59,609 nucleotides of DNA, filler included, from Nemertoderma westbladi (GCA_032718475.1; 3 parts of 3 records of this genome joined end to end with filler, not necessarily neighbours in it), one strand, 5' to 3'; positions 38,901 through 52,129 are shown, counted from the whole stretch's first letter. Made by a program: numbers and translations. The notes: a model not told the origin generated them from the letters alone.

Positions 38901-40105
38901 CTCCCCTGTATATTAGTTCCCCTGTATATTAGTTCTCCTGTATATTTGTTCTCTCTGTTTATTAGTTCCCCAGTATTTTAGTTCTCTTATGTATTAGTTC
39001 CCCTGTATATTAGTTCCCCTGTATATTGGTTCTCCCTGTTTATTAGTTTCCCTGTATATTAGTTCCCCTGTATATTAGTTCCCCTGTATATTAGTTCCCC
39101 TGTATATTAATTATCCCTGTATATTAGTTCACCTGTATATTAGTTCCCCTGTATATTACTTCCCCTGTATAGTAGTTCTCCTGTATATTAGTTCCCATGT
39201 ATATTAGTTCTCCGTGTACATTATTTCCCCGGTATATTAGTTCCCATGTTTATTAGCTCCCCTGTATATTAGTTCTCGCTGTTATTAGTTCCCCTGTATA
39301 TTAGTTCTCCCTGTATATTGGTTCTCCCTGTTAATTAGTTATCCCTGTTTATTAGTTTCCCTGTATATTAGTTCCCCTGTATATTAGTTCCCCTTGTATA
39401 TTGGTTCTCCCTGTTTATTATTTCCCCTGTATATTATTTTTCTTGTATATTAGTTCTCCTGTATATTAGTTCCCCTGTATATTAGTTCTCCCTGTATATT
39501 AGTTCCCCTGTATATTAGTTCCCATGTATATTAGTTCTCCATGTTTATTAGTGTATGTTAGTTCCCCTGTATATTAGTTCCCCTGCATATTAGTTTCCAT
39601 GTTTATTAGTGTATGTTAGTTCCCCTGTATATTAGTTCCCCTGCATATTAGTTTCCATGTTTATTAGTGTATGTTAGTTCCCCTGTATATTACTAATATA
39701 CAGGGGGAACTAATAAATAGGAGCACTAATATACAGGGGAACTAACATACAGTGGAACTAATATACAGGGGAACTAATATACAGTGGAACTAATATATAG
39801 GGGAACTAATATAAAGTGGAACTAATATATAGGGGAACTAATATAAAGTGGAAACTAATATATAGGGGAACTAATATAAAGTGGAACTAACATACACTAA
39901 TAAACATGGAAACTAATATACAGGGGAACTAATATATAGGGGATTAGTTCCCCTGTATTATTTCTCCAGTAATATTATTTCCCCTGTATATTAGTTCTCC
40001 CCTGTATTTAACTCACTTGGGTTTTTAGTTCCCCTGTATTTAACTCCATTGGGTTTTTAGTTCCCCTGCATTTAATTCCCTTGGGTTTTTAGTTACCCTG
40101 TATTT
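29930..40105. repeat. 16/17-bp satellite of about 10 kb (TATATTAGTTCCCCTG and variants)
   Basis: Period 16 (TTAG at 30301 and 30317), with degenerate edges, an internal MITE and an inverted block. Confidence 0.98.
31289..31729. mobile_element. TA-flanked MITE inserted in the satellite
   Basis: TIR of about 30 bp, TCGTGACCA(T/A)AGAGCCAGAACAACAC, with TA on both sides. Confidence 0.9.
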
Positions 40106-40544
40106 ACCTCGCTTGGATAGTAGTACTGATGGTGAGATTTTGATATCATCGACTCCTTATACTTTGCGATACGTTAATCTTCAACGTCATGTTTGAAATT
40201 TGATCACATTTATATAAAATTATTATTATTGTTTCTTTACGTGCTGCTCGAAGCCTCAGGACCTTTGTAGTGTTATTATCCAGTATAAAAAAAATTTCAC
40301 TATATACCCTACCCATATTAATAAATTGTTGGCAAACACTAACAATGGCATTGCCAAACTATATACGTACGTAGTAACTGCAGTTAGATGTGTATGGGTG
40401 CACGCACGCACCAAGTAGTGCCTAGTTAAGGTACATATTTACCAGACCTATTTACCATATTCATAGATACTTGCCTAATTTTATTCATTATTTCCAATAT
40501 TTATATTCTGCGATCCTGATAAATTGTAGTACGTAACTTACATA

Positions 40545-40823
40545 ATTCCCGGAATATTATAGCGTCGTCAATAATAGTGCCCCCCCCCCCCCCCCCCCCC
40601 CCCGACACCCCACCCCCAAATGTTTCTACAAATGTTAATGAGATACCTGTAGCATAAAATTTTAAACGTAAATAGTTTCACTTCCTTATTGGGTAAGTTA
40701 AACTCGTTTTATTTTTTCTTTCATTATTTACCTACAAGCATTCTTACTCCGTCGATATTGCACCAGTCGAACTGTAGTTATTCCTTAACTTTATAGCTCG
40801 ATTCGTTGGTTCCGATGGAAAGA
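40545..40823. mobile_element. Degenerate left arm of MITE family A, cut by the contig end
   Basis: C-tract, TTCTACAAAT, ATAGTTTCAC and TCCGTCGATATTGCACCAGT match 23880-24150. Confidence 0.7.
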
Positions 40824-40923
40824 NNNNNNNNNNNNNNNNNNNNNNNNNNNNNNNNNNNNNNNNNNNNTTAATTAATTAANNNNNNNNNNNNNNNNNNNNN
40901 NNNNNNNNNNNNNNNNNNNNNNN
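40824..40923. other. Artificial contig linker
   Basis: 44 N + TTAATTAATTAA + 44 N. Confidence 0.97.
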
Positions 40924-41711
40924 TATATGGAAACATAAATTAAAAAGGACTACTGTACGTTCTGACTGGCGAAATTTGATGCAGGCCCTACCTTATTTTT
41001 ATATTGTACTGTACCGGTAACGTAACGAATTTCATGTAATGAAATACATATGTAGATACAGTCCTATGTACAGTAGCATTTATTACAAACACAGTGTAGA
41101 TTATTTCATTTGATGCAATATTTTCTTTCAGATAACAGGTATATACAGTTAGTGTATACAGTATTATGTACAAGTTTATCTGCCCTGCCAAATAAAACTA
41201 ATGAACACCTCTACAGTTTTACAGTACCGGTAGGCCTACTGTAGAACCAAAACCAATATATAAACCATCATTCTAACAATATTTTGGCAATGATTGCTTA
41301 ATGTTGAATGTTAACAATTGCCTTGTAGTAGAGTAGGCTAGTCTGTCGCGCAGAAATTAGACGAATTATCGCAGAATCTTTTTTGCATCTGCGCTGCCGA
41401 GTTAATAATGTAATGTTTTCTTTGATTATGTTAGAATATTAATATTATTTTTGTTAGAATATATTATTTCCAGCTGCATGGCAGGTGGCGTTGCGTACTT
41501 GCTATTCAAAAATTATCTTCATTGAAGGTAAAACCAAGTAATAAATAGTCCTGCACTGGTGAAAATTATCAACGAATTTTATAGGATTCCTGCATTGCAG
41601 TTAAATATATTAATTTATGAAATACAGTTCATCATATAGGAACATCCATCTTATTGCGCACTTAGGGCTGGACCTGGAAGTTTAATTCAATACAGTAGAT
41701 TCAGATATAAA

Positions 41712-42082
41712 CTAAAATTTCGTGTTCACGACTTTTCAGTTCTTAAATCTTGTGCGTACGACTTTTCAGTTCTTAAATCTTGTGCGTACGACTTTTCAGT
41801 TCTTAAATCTTGTGCGTACGATTTTTCAGTTCTTAAATCTTGTGCGTACGACTTTTCAGTTCTTAAATCTTGTGCGTACGATTTTTCAGTTCTTAAATCT
41901 TGTGCGTACGACTTTTCAGTTCTTAAATCTTGTGCGTACGATTTTTCAGTTATTAAATCTTGTGCGTACGATTTTTCAGTTCTTAAATCTTGTGCGTACG
42001 ATTTTTCAGTTCTTAAATCTTGTGCGTACGACTTTTCAGTTTTTAAATTTCGTGCGTACGACTTTTCCGCTCTTAAATCTCG
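41712..42082. repeat. 30-bp minisatellite, about 12 copies (ACTTTTCAGTTCTTAAATCTTGTGCGTACG)
   Basis: Period 30, which explains ORF 41722-42132. Confidence 0.96.
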
Positions 42083-42434
42083 TTTTACTGTACCTTTTCA
42101 GTTATGAAGAAAATAATAAAATCATGCGATGAAACTTTTAAAACCAACTTGAAAAAAACCTTGTTACCATTACTAGTACAGTATATAGCGCTATTTCCAA
42201 CTCTAATAAATTATATACAACAATATGAAAGGGACGGACTATTTACAATAACTCCTCTTTATCAATGCCAGTTAAATAACGCCATTTTATTAACTTATTT
42301 AAGTTTTCACTGAAATGCTAAACGTAATAAGAAGTGCAAGACCCAAGCACAATTGACTTGTACTCAACATGCCATTTAATATATTTTACTACTGTTAAAG
42401 AACCACTAAGGCCAAACATTCGGTTTTAATCTTT

Positions 42435-42503
42435 TAATTAATTTATTATTCATTTTACTGAGTTAATATTATTAACTCAGTAAAATGAATAATAAATTAA
42501 TTA
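42435..42503. repeat. Perfect AT-rich palindrome with 34-bp arms and a 1-nt spacer
   Basis: 42435-42468 is the exact reverse complement of 42470-42503. Confidence 0.95.
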
Positions 42504-44305
42504 TTAATATTACATTATTAAATTATTAGTTTTATAGTAGGCCTATTATTAGTACTTCTATGATAATGATAGGGCGCCTACACATTAATTTTAATAACTT
42601 AAAAAAAAGGGTAAATAATACATGTAGAACATCAGGGGGTTAATAAAGAATCGAGAGCATCGTGAAAATATATACCACTTTATTTAACATGTAATACGTA
42701 ATTTTATTTTTAAATATTATTATTAAATATTATTTTCACGGCGTTAATTTATATATTTAGTTTGATTTATTGAATAGAAAGTTAAGCATTTCTATATGGC
42801 ATATTGGTAAACATTGCTCATTAAATATTGCTTATTATTGTACGAATTAATGTACAGTATCTTCGTTATGTTTTTTCTCCATTAGGTCATTTAGGTCACT
42901 GGATGTGGGTACCCAATACCACAACTCCATCCCTTTTTTTTTTAAACTAGTGACTTTAAACTTTATGAAGTATTAACATACGTTATATTATAACATTATA
43001 TATTATTAACATACAGTATGTATTATATAGTAACATATACTGTATGTTAACATATTTTCTATGGAAGGAGTTGAAATAATGTTCTCTTTAAAAATAAAAA
43101 CAATTTTGATTTATAATAAAGTTTTTATATAAATCGGGTGTCAGTTTTATTTTATAACTTTCTTCAAAGACTTAAATGTACTGTATTTTATATAATTCAA
43201 AGAAAGGAAAAATGTAATCTGTCTGACGTTTCTGCTGTTATTTACAGTAAGTTATGTACAGTACTACAGTAGTTCAAAAGTCCCAATCGATTTTCAAATT
43301 AAATTTTTCAGGTTTCATCAATTTCCAAAAGTCATTTCGTACAGTATTAAAACTTCAAAGCCGTAAGATTTTTTAATTAAAATTATGGCAAAAAATAAAT
43401 ACAGTAGAAATGTATTATAACTTTAATCAAAATGAATACTATCAAAACCAGAGATAGTATACAGTATGTGATAGAAATTACAGCCAGTAATGACTTATAA
43501 ATATACGGACGTTCACATATTTTCTGGGTAATAATGGAGAAACCATAATTAAAAAAAATAATAATTTCAGGGGAAAAGAGTACTGTAGATGTTGTGACAT
43601 GCTGTTTTACTTTACATGTTTGGGGGTACAACAGTAGTACTGTATTAACCGTGATATTAACATGTTACATAAAAAGTAGCCTCCGCTCATTCTATTTTTT
43701 TCTGATTTCTCATCTATGTAGGCCTATACCAAAATGTTGGATTATATTTGGGGGTGCTATACCCCCCCCCCCCCCCCCCCCCCACCCATAACATTGATCT
43801 CATATCATCAATACCTTTCGATCGATTTATAAATTATTTTTAAAGTTTGGTTTTCTTAATATCATTTTAATGACTTGAATTTACAGTGACTTTATCTGAG
43901 TTTACTTTTACAGTACAATTATATTTATCCATTACCTGCCCTCGATCCATATGGACCAACTTTGATCCATGTGTTCCCCATTGCACACAATGTAGACCTG
44001 GACTCATTCGAAAACCAAACTACCCTTAAATGTCAGACATTCCGAGATTCGGGAACTTGAAATTAACATCTTCGTGCAACTCACATTTTTGAATAGATTT
44101 TGAACCTCCTCAGGCCTCCTGTGGGTTGATTTACTGTACTGTACTGTAGTGCAACAAACTGTGATTTGAGTGATCGACAAACACGCTCCAATCTAAGCAG
44201 CAGTCAAACTCTGCAAACACTCTGTTCTATAAATGACGCTGAAATACACAATTGCATACCACCAACATCAGCCGGGAATGCAATCGGGGTTGTAAGCACT
44301 CAATT

Positions 44306-44642
44306 ATGGTGCCCCTGAGCGGCCAGTTTTGTAAGTTTTGTAATCTTTTTTTTGTTTCCCCGACTTTTGTAAAGTAAACTTTTGTAAACGACTTTACAAA
44401 ACTCGAGAAAACAAAAAAAAGATTATAAAAAACAAACTTTTGTTTTCCCGAGTTTTGTAAAGTCGTTCAAACGAGTTTGCAAAAGTCGGGGAAACAAACT
44501 CGATTGGGTGTTTGTTGGTATAGAATTCCACTCCAGCCAATTAGATTTGTTTCCCAGAGTTTTGTAAAGTCGTTTGAACGTGTTTGCAAAAGTCGTGGGA
44601 ACAAAAAAAAGACTACTAAAATTGGCCGCTCATGGCCACCAT
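44306..44642. mobile_element. MITE with internal reiterated AAAGTCG/CGACTTT motifs
   Basis: Imperfect TIR ATGGTG.CC.TGAGCGGCCA, flanked by ACTCAAT(T/A), a probable 7-8 bp TSD (hAT- or P-like). Confidence 0.75.
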
Positions 44643-45031
44643 ACTCAATAGCAAACACTGCCCACGAAATAAATACCGGTAATAAATAACATTGTTTTAT
44701 TGCACAGTTTATTAAGCAGTAGGCCTACATGTATGACTACTACAGTAGGCAATAAGAGAAACAGGAATGAATTGACATAAACCTGAGACAAAGAAATCAA
44801 AGCGTTACATTAAAAGACTTTCCAGTTGATGTAATAATTTAATGCCATTCAGCTGGAATTTATCTCGGTAAGCCAATCAGGGTCGAGTTATGTTTCTTAT
44901 AAGCCAATCAGTAATCATTGCTACTATAGTTATCTTTACGCCAATCAGTGCGAGTTATCTTGTTGTAATGTAAGGGGCGAGTTCTCTGGTGCGTTAATAG
45001 GCACGAGATATCTTGTAAGCCATTCATATTC

Positions 45032-46048
45032 TCAAAAAAGCCATTCGGGATATCCAACAATGAATGTGTACGGGTAACCAGGGTACTTGGATCGGAAGAT
45101 GCTGAGAATCAAACTGAAAGAGAACGTGATTAGGCCGAGGGCCAACTTGGTATGGAAGCTTCGAGAGCCTGGAATTCGAATCTTCCCGCCGCGGGAATCC
45201 TTGAGCAGCACGACTCCCAAGGCAACGACCGCGTTCAGCGCGATTACCAGGTACGACTCTGCGAGGAATTGGACTCGGAAGGCACCGTGGATGTACTGGA
45301 GTCGGCCTGTGCGGGCCTCGCTTGCCGCGTAGGGCGGCTTCCGGATGTGGTTCCACATCTGTCCGCTGGTCATCGTGAAGATAACAACCAGAGAACCGAT
45401 CCCCCAGGCACGCCTATTCAGCAGAAATGTAAGTTTGCTGCGGTACAGGAAGATCACACCTGTTAGGATACACACTGCCGCAATGCCGGCGATTGTTGCG
45501 GTATAGTTCGGTTGTCGAAACAACGGGAAGCGAATATTGGTGCGCTGCAAAATCCAGTAAGCAATCGATTCAGCAGAGAAACGCTGCAAATTCATAGTGT
45601 CTTCCTTTTTCATCTGACTGCCTGAGGGCGGGAAGTGTATTAATGCCGGAACCATATTTAAATTCATATTTTTGAATATTTGTTTTCCTTCATAATCCAT
45701 ATCTACCTTGGCAAAAAAAAGTTTGGAGTTGAATAATTTGGACCTTCTCCATGAGTTAGCGACAACACGAAACTCTTCATCAACAAAGATACATATTTCG
45801 CAGCCTCGCGAAGGGTTAAGAACGGTAAACATGATTACGAGAGAATACGGCTTTGGGGACATTCTCAGGTATTTTTTATACGTATTGAGATTTAAGTGAA
45901 TAACAGGGTCATTTCCAGACCTGTGCGTGAGTTCTTTGACACGTTCATCCACTTCATCATATTTCCATGCCAAATTGTCGCCAAAGAGATTTAATCCCAC
46001 AAGAGTAAACAATGTTAAACCCAATAATAGCTTTGGTCCGTGTCCCAT
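45032..46048 (-). CDS. MAGT1/TUSC3: Oligosaccharyltransferase OST3/OST6 family subunit (MAGT1/TUSC3-like), intronless, 338 aa
   Basis: Signal peptide, thioredoxin-like domain with CEIC, motifs VANSWR, LFFAKVD, MTSGQMWNHIR and SIFRSKY.GYPY, and four hydrophobic segments. Confidence 0.96.
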   Translation of the reverse strand: MGHGPKLLLGLTLFTLVGLNLFGDNLAWKYDEVDERVKELTHRSGNDPVIHLNLNTYKKYLRMSPKPYSLVIMFTVLNPSRGCEICIFVDEEFRVVANSWRRSKLFNSKLFFAKVDMDYEGKQIFKNMNLNMVPALIHFPPSGSQMKKEDTMNLQRFSAESIAYWILQRTNIRFPLFRQPNYTATIAGIAAVCILTGVIFLYRSKLTFLLNRRAWGIGSLVVIFTMTSGQMWNHIRKPPYAASEARTGRLQYIHGAFRVQFLAESYLVIALNAVVALGVVLLKDSRGGKIRIPGSRSFHTKLALGLITFSFSLILSIFRSKYPGYPYTFIVGYPEWLF

Positions 46049-46216
46049 GTTATAATTTTCAGGGACTTATTGTTTTTAGTTTTTTAAGACTAAATAAACA
46101 AAACACTAACTGTATAATAGTATAAAAAAATATTTGCAACAAACTATGTTGTAGAGTGTAGTGTAAGCCTACAGTATATGCCTTGCCTACTGTACCTACG
46201 CACTACGCAGTACAAA

Positions 46217-46503
46217 GGCGGGGTATGTCAGTTGGTTGAGTTCCGTGCCTGCAAACTATTGGTTGTAGGTTCAGCCCCGCCAGGGTCCACCCAACCTTTC
46301 ATCCACTGGGGTCGATAAAATGAGAGCAAAACAAGGGATTGGTATAGGAGTAGCGCCTACTGAGTCCTCGGGTCGCCTCCGGCCTCGGCCGACTGTTCGC
46401 TTTTGTATACGCAGTGAATGCATACTGTTGAGACAATATGATTTTGTACAATAGCACTTGACTTTTGCAGTGCTGCTGAATTTCGTAGCAATAAATACAT
46501 AAT
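46217..46503 (+). mobile_element. tRNA-derived SINE
   Basis: A-box-like TGTCAGTTGG and B-box-like GGTTCAGCCCC. These are followed by CCTTTCATCC..TGGGGTCGATAAAATGAG, resembling (from memory) the conserved core of Meta/MESC-type SINEs. The A-rich 3' boundary is uncertain. Confidence 0.65.
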
Positions 46504-46689
46504 AGGCCTACACTCCAGTAGGCCTCATAATGGTGTTAGGCCTAGACTATGAACTACCGGTAATCTTCCTAAAACTTTCAGTTTAATTTATTTAGCTATA
46601 GGCCTACAGCTACCGTAAAAACGTCATAGGCATGGCGTTCTACAGTTTATATGTAGTACATAGCGACCTATGTAGTACTAAATATTATA

Positions 46690-47580
46690 CACCATGTCCC
46701 GTAATATAGTGTCATTTTTTGATGACAAGGACCCCCCCCCCCCAGATTTTTCTACAAATCTTTATCATATTGCTTGAAATTTGAAACACTCACCGTCGAT
46801 AACCCCATGAAGCCGGAATTTTGGATTTTGCCTTTCAATTTTTTTTATAAGCATTTAAAAAAGTGTCTTTTGCGAAATCGCGCCCTCCGTATCGTGGCCA
46901 TTCTTCACATTAGTCATAATTTTTTCATAGTATCATTAAAAAGCTTGCGTTGCAAGGATTCCAAATATGTAACAATATCTGAATTTCGTTGAGAAACAAC
47001 TGAGATATAGGTGTTCAAAGATTGCAAGAATTATCGTTCACTGGAGGCCATAAATATTCTATTTAATAAATACACAAAATTCTAGAATGTGTTATTTATT
47101 TTATAAGTTGGTTGGCAACAGCGGTATTCCTATCCAATAAATCTATTGCATAGCAATTCATACTTAAACAAAATGTTCCAGAACATCGTGTATTTATTAA
47201 ATGGAATAAATGGCCTTCAGCGAACAATAATTCTTGCAATCTTTGAACACCTATATCTCAGTAGTTTCTCAAAGAAATTCAGATATTGTTACATATTTGG
47301 AATCCTTGCAACGCAAGCTTTTTAATGATATGAAAAAATTATGACTAATGTGAAAAATGGCCACGATACGGGGTGTGCGATTTCGCAAAAGACACTTTTT
47401 TAAAACGCTTATAAAAAAAATTTTAAGGCAAAATCCAAAATTCCGGCTTCATGGTGTCATCGACGGTGAGTGGAACTAGTGGTGTTTCAAATTTCAAGCA
47501 ATATGATAAAGATTTGTAGAAAAATCTGGGGGGAGGGGTCCGTGTCATCAGAAAATGACACTATATTACGGGTCAGGGTG
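46690..47580. mobile_element. Foldback MITE family A, divergent subfamily, complete
   Basis: TA|CACCATGTCCCGTAATATAGTGTC...GACACTATATTACGGGTCAGGGTG|TA, with arms of about 400 bp. Confidence 0.92.
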
Positions 47581-49664
47581 TAATTAATAGTATAACGCCA
47601 TGGTCAGGTCGTAGACCTTAATTTTTAAATTTAATTATTATCAAAGACTCCTTATGGCTCCCTTCCCTCAATTGGTAAAAACATTGTTTATTATTTTGGT
47701 TAGAAAAAGCCATCTCTGTAACCTGCTCCTTTCCCTCACTTGGTAACAATTTTAGGTTTCCACCGGGCGAAGGTTGGATGCGAGAGAAGATTGCACCCAA
47801 CATAAATACCCATAGTTACCAAAGAAAAACCTTTGTTTAATTTTACCATAAATTTTTTGCGATCCCACCTAAGGACTTCTACAGTAGAACATACAGTAGT
47901 ATTTATTCTACTCCACAGCAGCGACACGGTAAATTAACGAATATAAGAGGGATTTGTAGGTTTTATGTACCACCATCGAAATAGTCGCAGAATATCTGAT
48001 TAATGACACAGAATACTGTACAATGAATGTTTACATAGAACCAATGGTAGAGTGTTTGACGACGAGTTGAGCTAATTTGCCAACAATACGACTATGAAAT
48101 GACTTGACTGTAGACACAGACAACTGATTGAGTGATTGTGTATTTAGTTATTATATATAATTAATATTTAATAATAATAATAATAATTAATATTATAGTT
48201 ATTATATTATTTATTTAATTAATATAGGCTATACAGTTATAATAAAGAATTTGTGGTTCTGACTTTACTAAAGAGATTATTTTATACTACTGTACGATGG
48301 CCGTGCTACTTACTATTAAGAAATAATACCGATCTCAAAAAAATTAACACTGTACACTGTACTGTATGCCAGCTTCGCGTCATGAATAGATACCCTGTTC
48401 TAAAAGTCCGTGTGCCACCCCACAAAGTATAATTATTTCAAATATTACAAATCTGTATGTAATTAAACGGGATTTTCGTCTCATTTTATTTTAATATTGT
48501 GCCGTAAGGTACTGTATAACTGTGCAGTTTAATACTTGGATTTCTACTATCATCTAAACCATCTAACGATGGGGGACGATTTACCCTTGGGTTCATATCA
48601 GATGATCTCCTTAATTTGTTTGTTTTTGAATTTTATCTTGAACAAATATTGTGGACACTGTGGGGTTTCCATATCCATACAGGTAAGGCCTACCTCATAG
48701 TCTAGCATAGGCCACATTATAACCTAATGAAGGTTTAACGTGGTATAATCCTACAGAAAGGTACAGTAGATTCAAGCATGAGAAATTAGCGTTATGGGAG
48801 GATATCCTGTTCTACTGTACGTTACGTGAGGTAACTTGTTACCGGGAATGTGCCAGTAATGGGTCGCAACATAGACACTTGGTGTCAATACTCGTTTCTT
48901 ATTGGGCCAGCCGGCATATGGGATACTTTTTGGTAACCACCTGCAATTTATTTTTCTGGGAAGACCTATGTTTAGGCGTTTCATTTTTTGATATGATAAC
49001 ATCATAACAAATCTGAATCGGTAGCTCACTATGTTGTCATGGAAATGGCAAAATAACAAATAGGCTGTAGGCCTACTGTTGCATTCTGATAGCTCAATAT
49101 AAACTGTACATGGTGTCTTTTATAAAACATAGCTACTGGCCTTACAATTGTAATTGTGTAACACAATTCTAGAATATAATTATTGTTGCCATGGGAGCCC
49201 TGCTAAATAAAACTGACATTCTTTACAAAAATAGCTACCATTATAGAGTACTATAACTATTTTTGAAACGAATTTACCACATTTTGTATACTTTTGGGAA
49301 ATATATACGGATATAAATATATACGGAGATATATGGTTCCAAAGATATATGCATATGCAATACTGTAAGGTATAAAATATGTCTGTTTAACAATTACTCA
49401 CAGTACCTGTAAGGTTTTTTTGTATGGATATATTGAAACGAAAAAGGGGCGGGGCACAACATATCCACCACCCACGCCATCAACGTTCAAGCAAACAATT
49501 TACTACATCACGCGACGCCACTAAATCAAATAAGATGCATTAATGCCAATGAGAGTGCGCTCTTGCGTCTAGTCTAATATATTCATGAGTATGGCACCGC
49601 AATATTTAAGAGCATTCTAATTAAAAAATAAGGTTAAAGTATCCATCATCTCATCATACATAAC

Positions 49665-50245
49665 CAGTGTGATTATGATAGTTTTAAATCCTTTGTGAAA
49701 ATTGTCAAATGGGACGAACTTTTCGCTAACTGTTCCACTGTAAGTGACTATTTCCAGTCTTTCAGCAGCGTCAAAAAGATGGTACACAATATTAGTTTGT
49801 TCATTCCTTTCTAGAAATTTGAACCTCTCAAAAAAAATTGATCCCAGCTATATAAACAAGAAAGTGTCGGCTAAACCCTTTCGGCCAAACTTTGGTTTAT
49901 CTCATGTTAATTTTGATCAAGTGAACATTTTAGTAACTTTCACAAAACTTGCACTCAAGCATACACCAGTTTGGCTTGCCATCGATTTTATTTTCAAACT
50001 AGCATTGAAGCCCCTTTACTGTATCTGTTATTTTCCGTGTTTCTTTTTAGACCCACTCATTACCTTCTGTTTGGCTTACAGCTCACATAATACCACTGTT
50101 ATTCAAGAAAGGTGACCCTACTGACCTTTATAATACAGGCTAATATTGCTGAGCTGTATATTATGTAAGATAGTAGAGATGATTATTAAAGACGCTTTAA
50201 TGAAATACCTTTTTTCTTATAAGTTAATTAGCAGGGCACAACCAT
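49665..50245 (+). pseudogene. Decayed CR1-like LINE ORF2 fragment
   Basis: Manual translation across a frameshift gives LPSVWLTAHIIPLLFKKGDPTDLYN/YRLILLSCILCKIVEMIIKDALMKYL, a typical RT N-terminal block. Confidence 0.7.
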
Positions 50246-51537
50246 GACTATATTAAGCTTTACCATTGAAAATTCATTAATTTGACAATACCAAATGATT
50301 CCCTTTATAAAAAAAGGCACTAAAGTGGTCTATGATGAATATAAAACTTCAACTACTGTAGGAAGTCTTCTTGGTCAGAAAGTCCAGAGTTTTCGGCAGG
50401 ATCATCACTGATCTAATGATCAAATTGACAATTTTAATAACAGGTTTCCACGCCATACTATACTGCCCTCCTAAGGCAGAAACATGTAACTCAAAAAATC
50501 AAGTTTTGAGAAAAATCAACCTAAAGTTAACGAATCTGTACGAAAACATGTGAATGTCTGTGTGAACATTTTCAACACTAAAGTTTAGTCAAATAGTATA
50601 AATACAGTACATAGAAACTATTAGAGCTCCAAACTTAAGCTAGCTATTTAAAAATGTATTTTATTTTGATTTTCGAGTTACATGGATTTATCTTACAAAT
50701 TCTAACCAGTTTAATTATATTACATCATGTAAATTATATAAATTTTCCCAGCTGTTCCTAAGCCAAAACAATGTATGTAACTCGCATGAGATACATGGTG
50801 TACGCGTACGCGTGTGGAGTAGGGCGGTGCGTTTTTTACTTTTTTTCGATTTCATTGTTCTACCGGTGCACAAAAGTTGCCAAATGGTAAAAAAATAAGG
50901 CAAAAAAAATTTCTTTAAATTTCGTCTATATCTTCACGGATCCCAAGAGAAGAGGGTTGAAATTTTGTGCCATCGCGATGAACCATAATGAAATGTATAA
51001 TAATATACCACATTGATGAAAGATCAATGACTCAAAAAAGAACTTCCTGCATGCATCAAATGATATCAAATGGGTCCCCAAAGGGAGCAAGGAGAACTTT
51101 GAGTTCTCCTACTGCATTCATATTATGCTCATTAGAACCGCAATGGCCGATTTAGTGGGGTAGACACCTTCAAAACAAACGTAGAGCGAATAGTTCTTGA
51201 GATATCACAGAAAATGTGAAGTCTGGCACAAGTCTACATTACCGCCTTGATGTGATATGGACAAATACACTAAAAATGATATTTTGAATTATCTCAAGAA
51301 ATCACGAATAGACACATCACAGAAATGATTGATATAGTGGGTGAAGATACCTTCAAAATAAGAATAGAGTCATTAGTTCTTGAGTTATTTTACAAAATGA
51401 CAAGACTATGTCCACCAATTAATACTTGATATTGAGTTGACCCATTCCACACATTTTGTACAAAAACTATAGTGAATTAATCACTACTCTTTAATTTTGA
51501 AGTTGTCTGTATACACTAAATCAATTTGTTGCAGTGA

Positions 51538-52129
51538 TGTGACGGGATCCACCGAGGATCCCGGTTTATCCGGTTTCTTACCTACGCGTCCCCGCCGTGT
51601 GTGTGTAAAAAGGAGTTCTGGGATAGTTGACTGGTCGATATGTATAAATATAAGGGTATAATATAGAGTCAGAATAAGATATAACACAATTGATTGATGG
51701 TATAAATTGTACCGGTAAAATGGTTACTAAAGTGGTGGTGGCAGTAGACGGAGACGGTGATAAGAGTTCCGGTACTGCCCTAACTAACTGACTTACTAAA
51801 GTGAATGAATTGGCACAACAAATGGTAATATATATTGCACCGGTTGGCTATATTGCGTTACTCAGTCGATGCTTGCCCCCCATTGGCTGATAACCTAATT
51901 GTCGCCCTTTCACCTCCCTGGGAGTGTTTCCCCTTGCTGCTGTTATTCCCTCTCTCTCAGAGGTGTAACCCCTGACCCCTATTGTGCGTATGTCCTCTGG
52001 GGTTTCTTGTCCCCATTTTATTGGGGTGATACGAGGTTGATTGGCAATCAACCTCGTGCTTCCCAATATTGCTTAAGGGTCTTGCTGGCCCAACTTTGTG
52101 GGGTGGTTAGCGGAATTGATTCGCTAACA
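51538..52129 (-). mobile_element. 3' LTR (about 592 bp) of a Gypsy-like LTR element
   Basis: The minus strand reads TGTTAGCG...CGTCACA and is immediately preceded by a polypurine tract GGGGGGAG (52130-52137). No partner LTR is in the window. Confidence 0.7.

Noticed and set aside
41722-42132. 136-aa repeat ORF
   Set aside because: Translation of the 30-bp minisatellite.
43930-44002. Possible small minus-strand exon (CAG|...GCAG|GTAATG)
   Set aside because: Weak acceptor, no recognisable protein and no partner exons identified.
46217-46290. tRNA gene
   Set aside because: Degenerate B box, no clean cloverleaf, and it continues into a SINE-like core.
47636-49059. Possible exons of an unknown gene (donor CAG|GTAAGG near 48682; short ORFs)
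   Set aside because: No consistent spliced frame or recognisable homology. Transcript data would be needed.
50430-51480. Possible further DNA transposon or Helentron remnants
   Set aside because: TE-like texture, but no termini or second copy could be defined.
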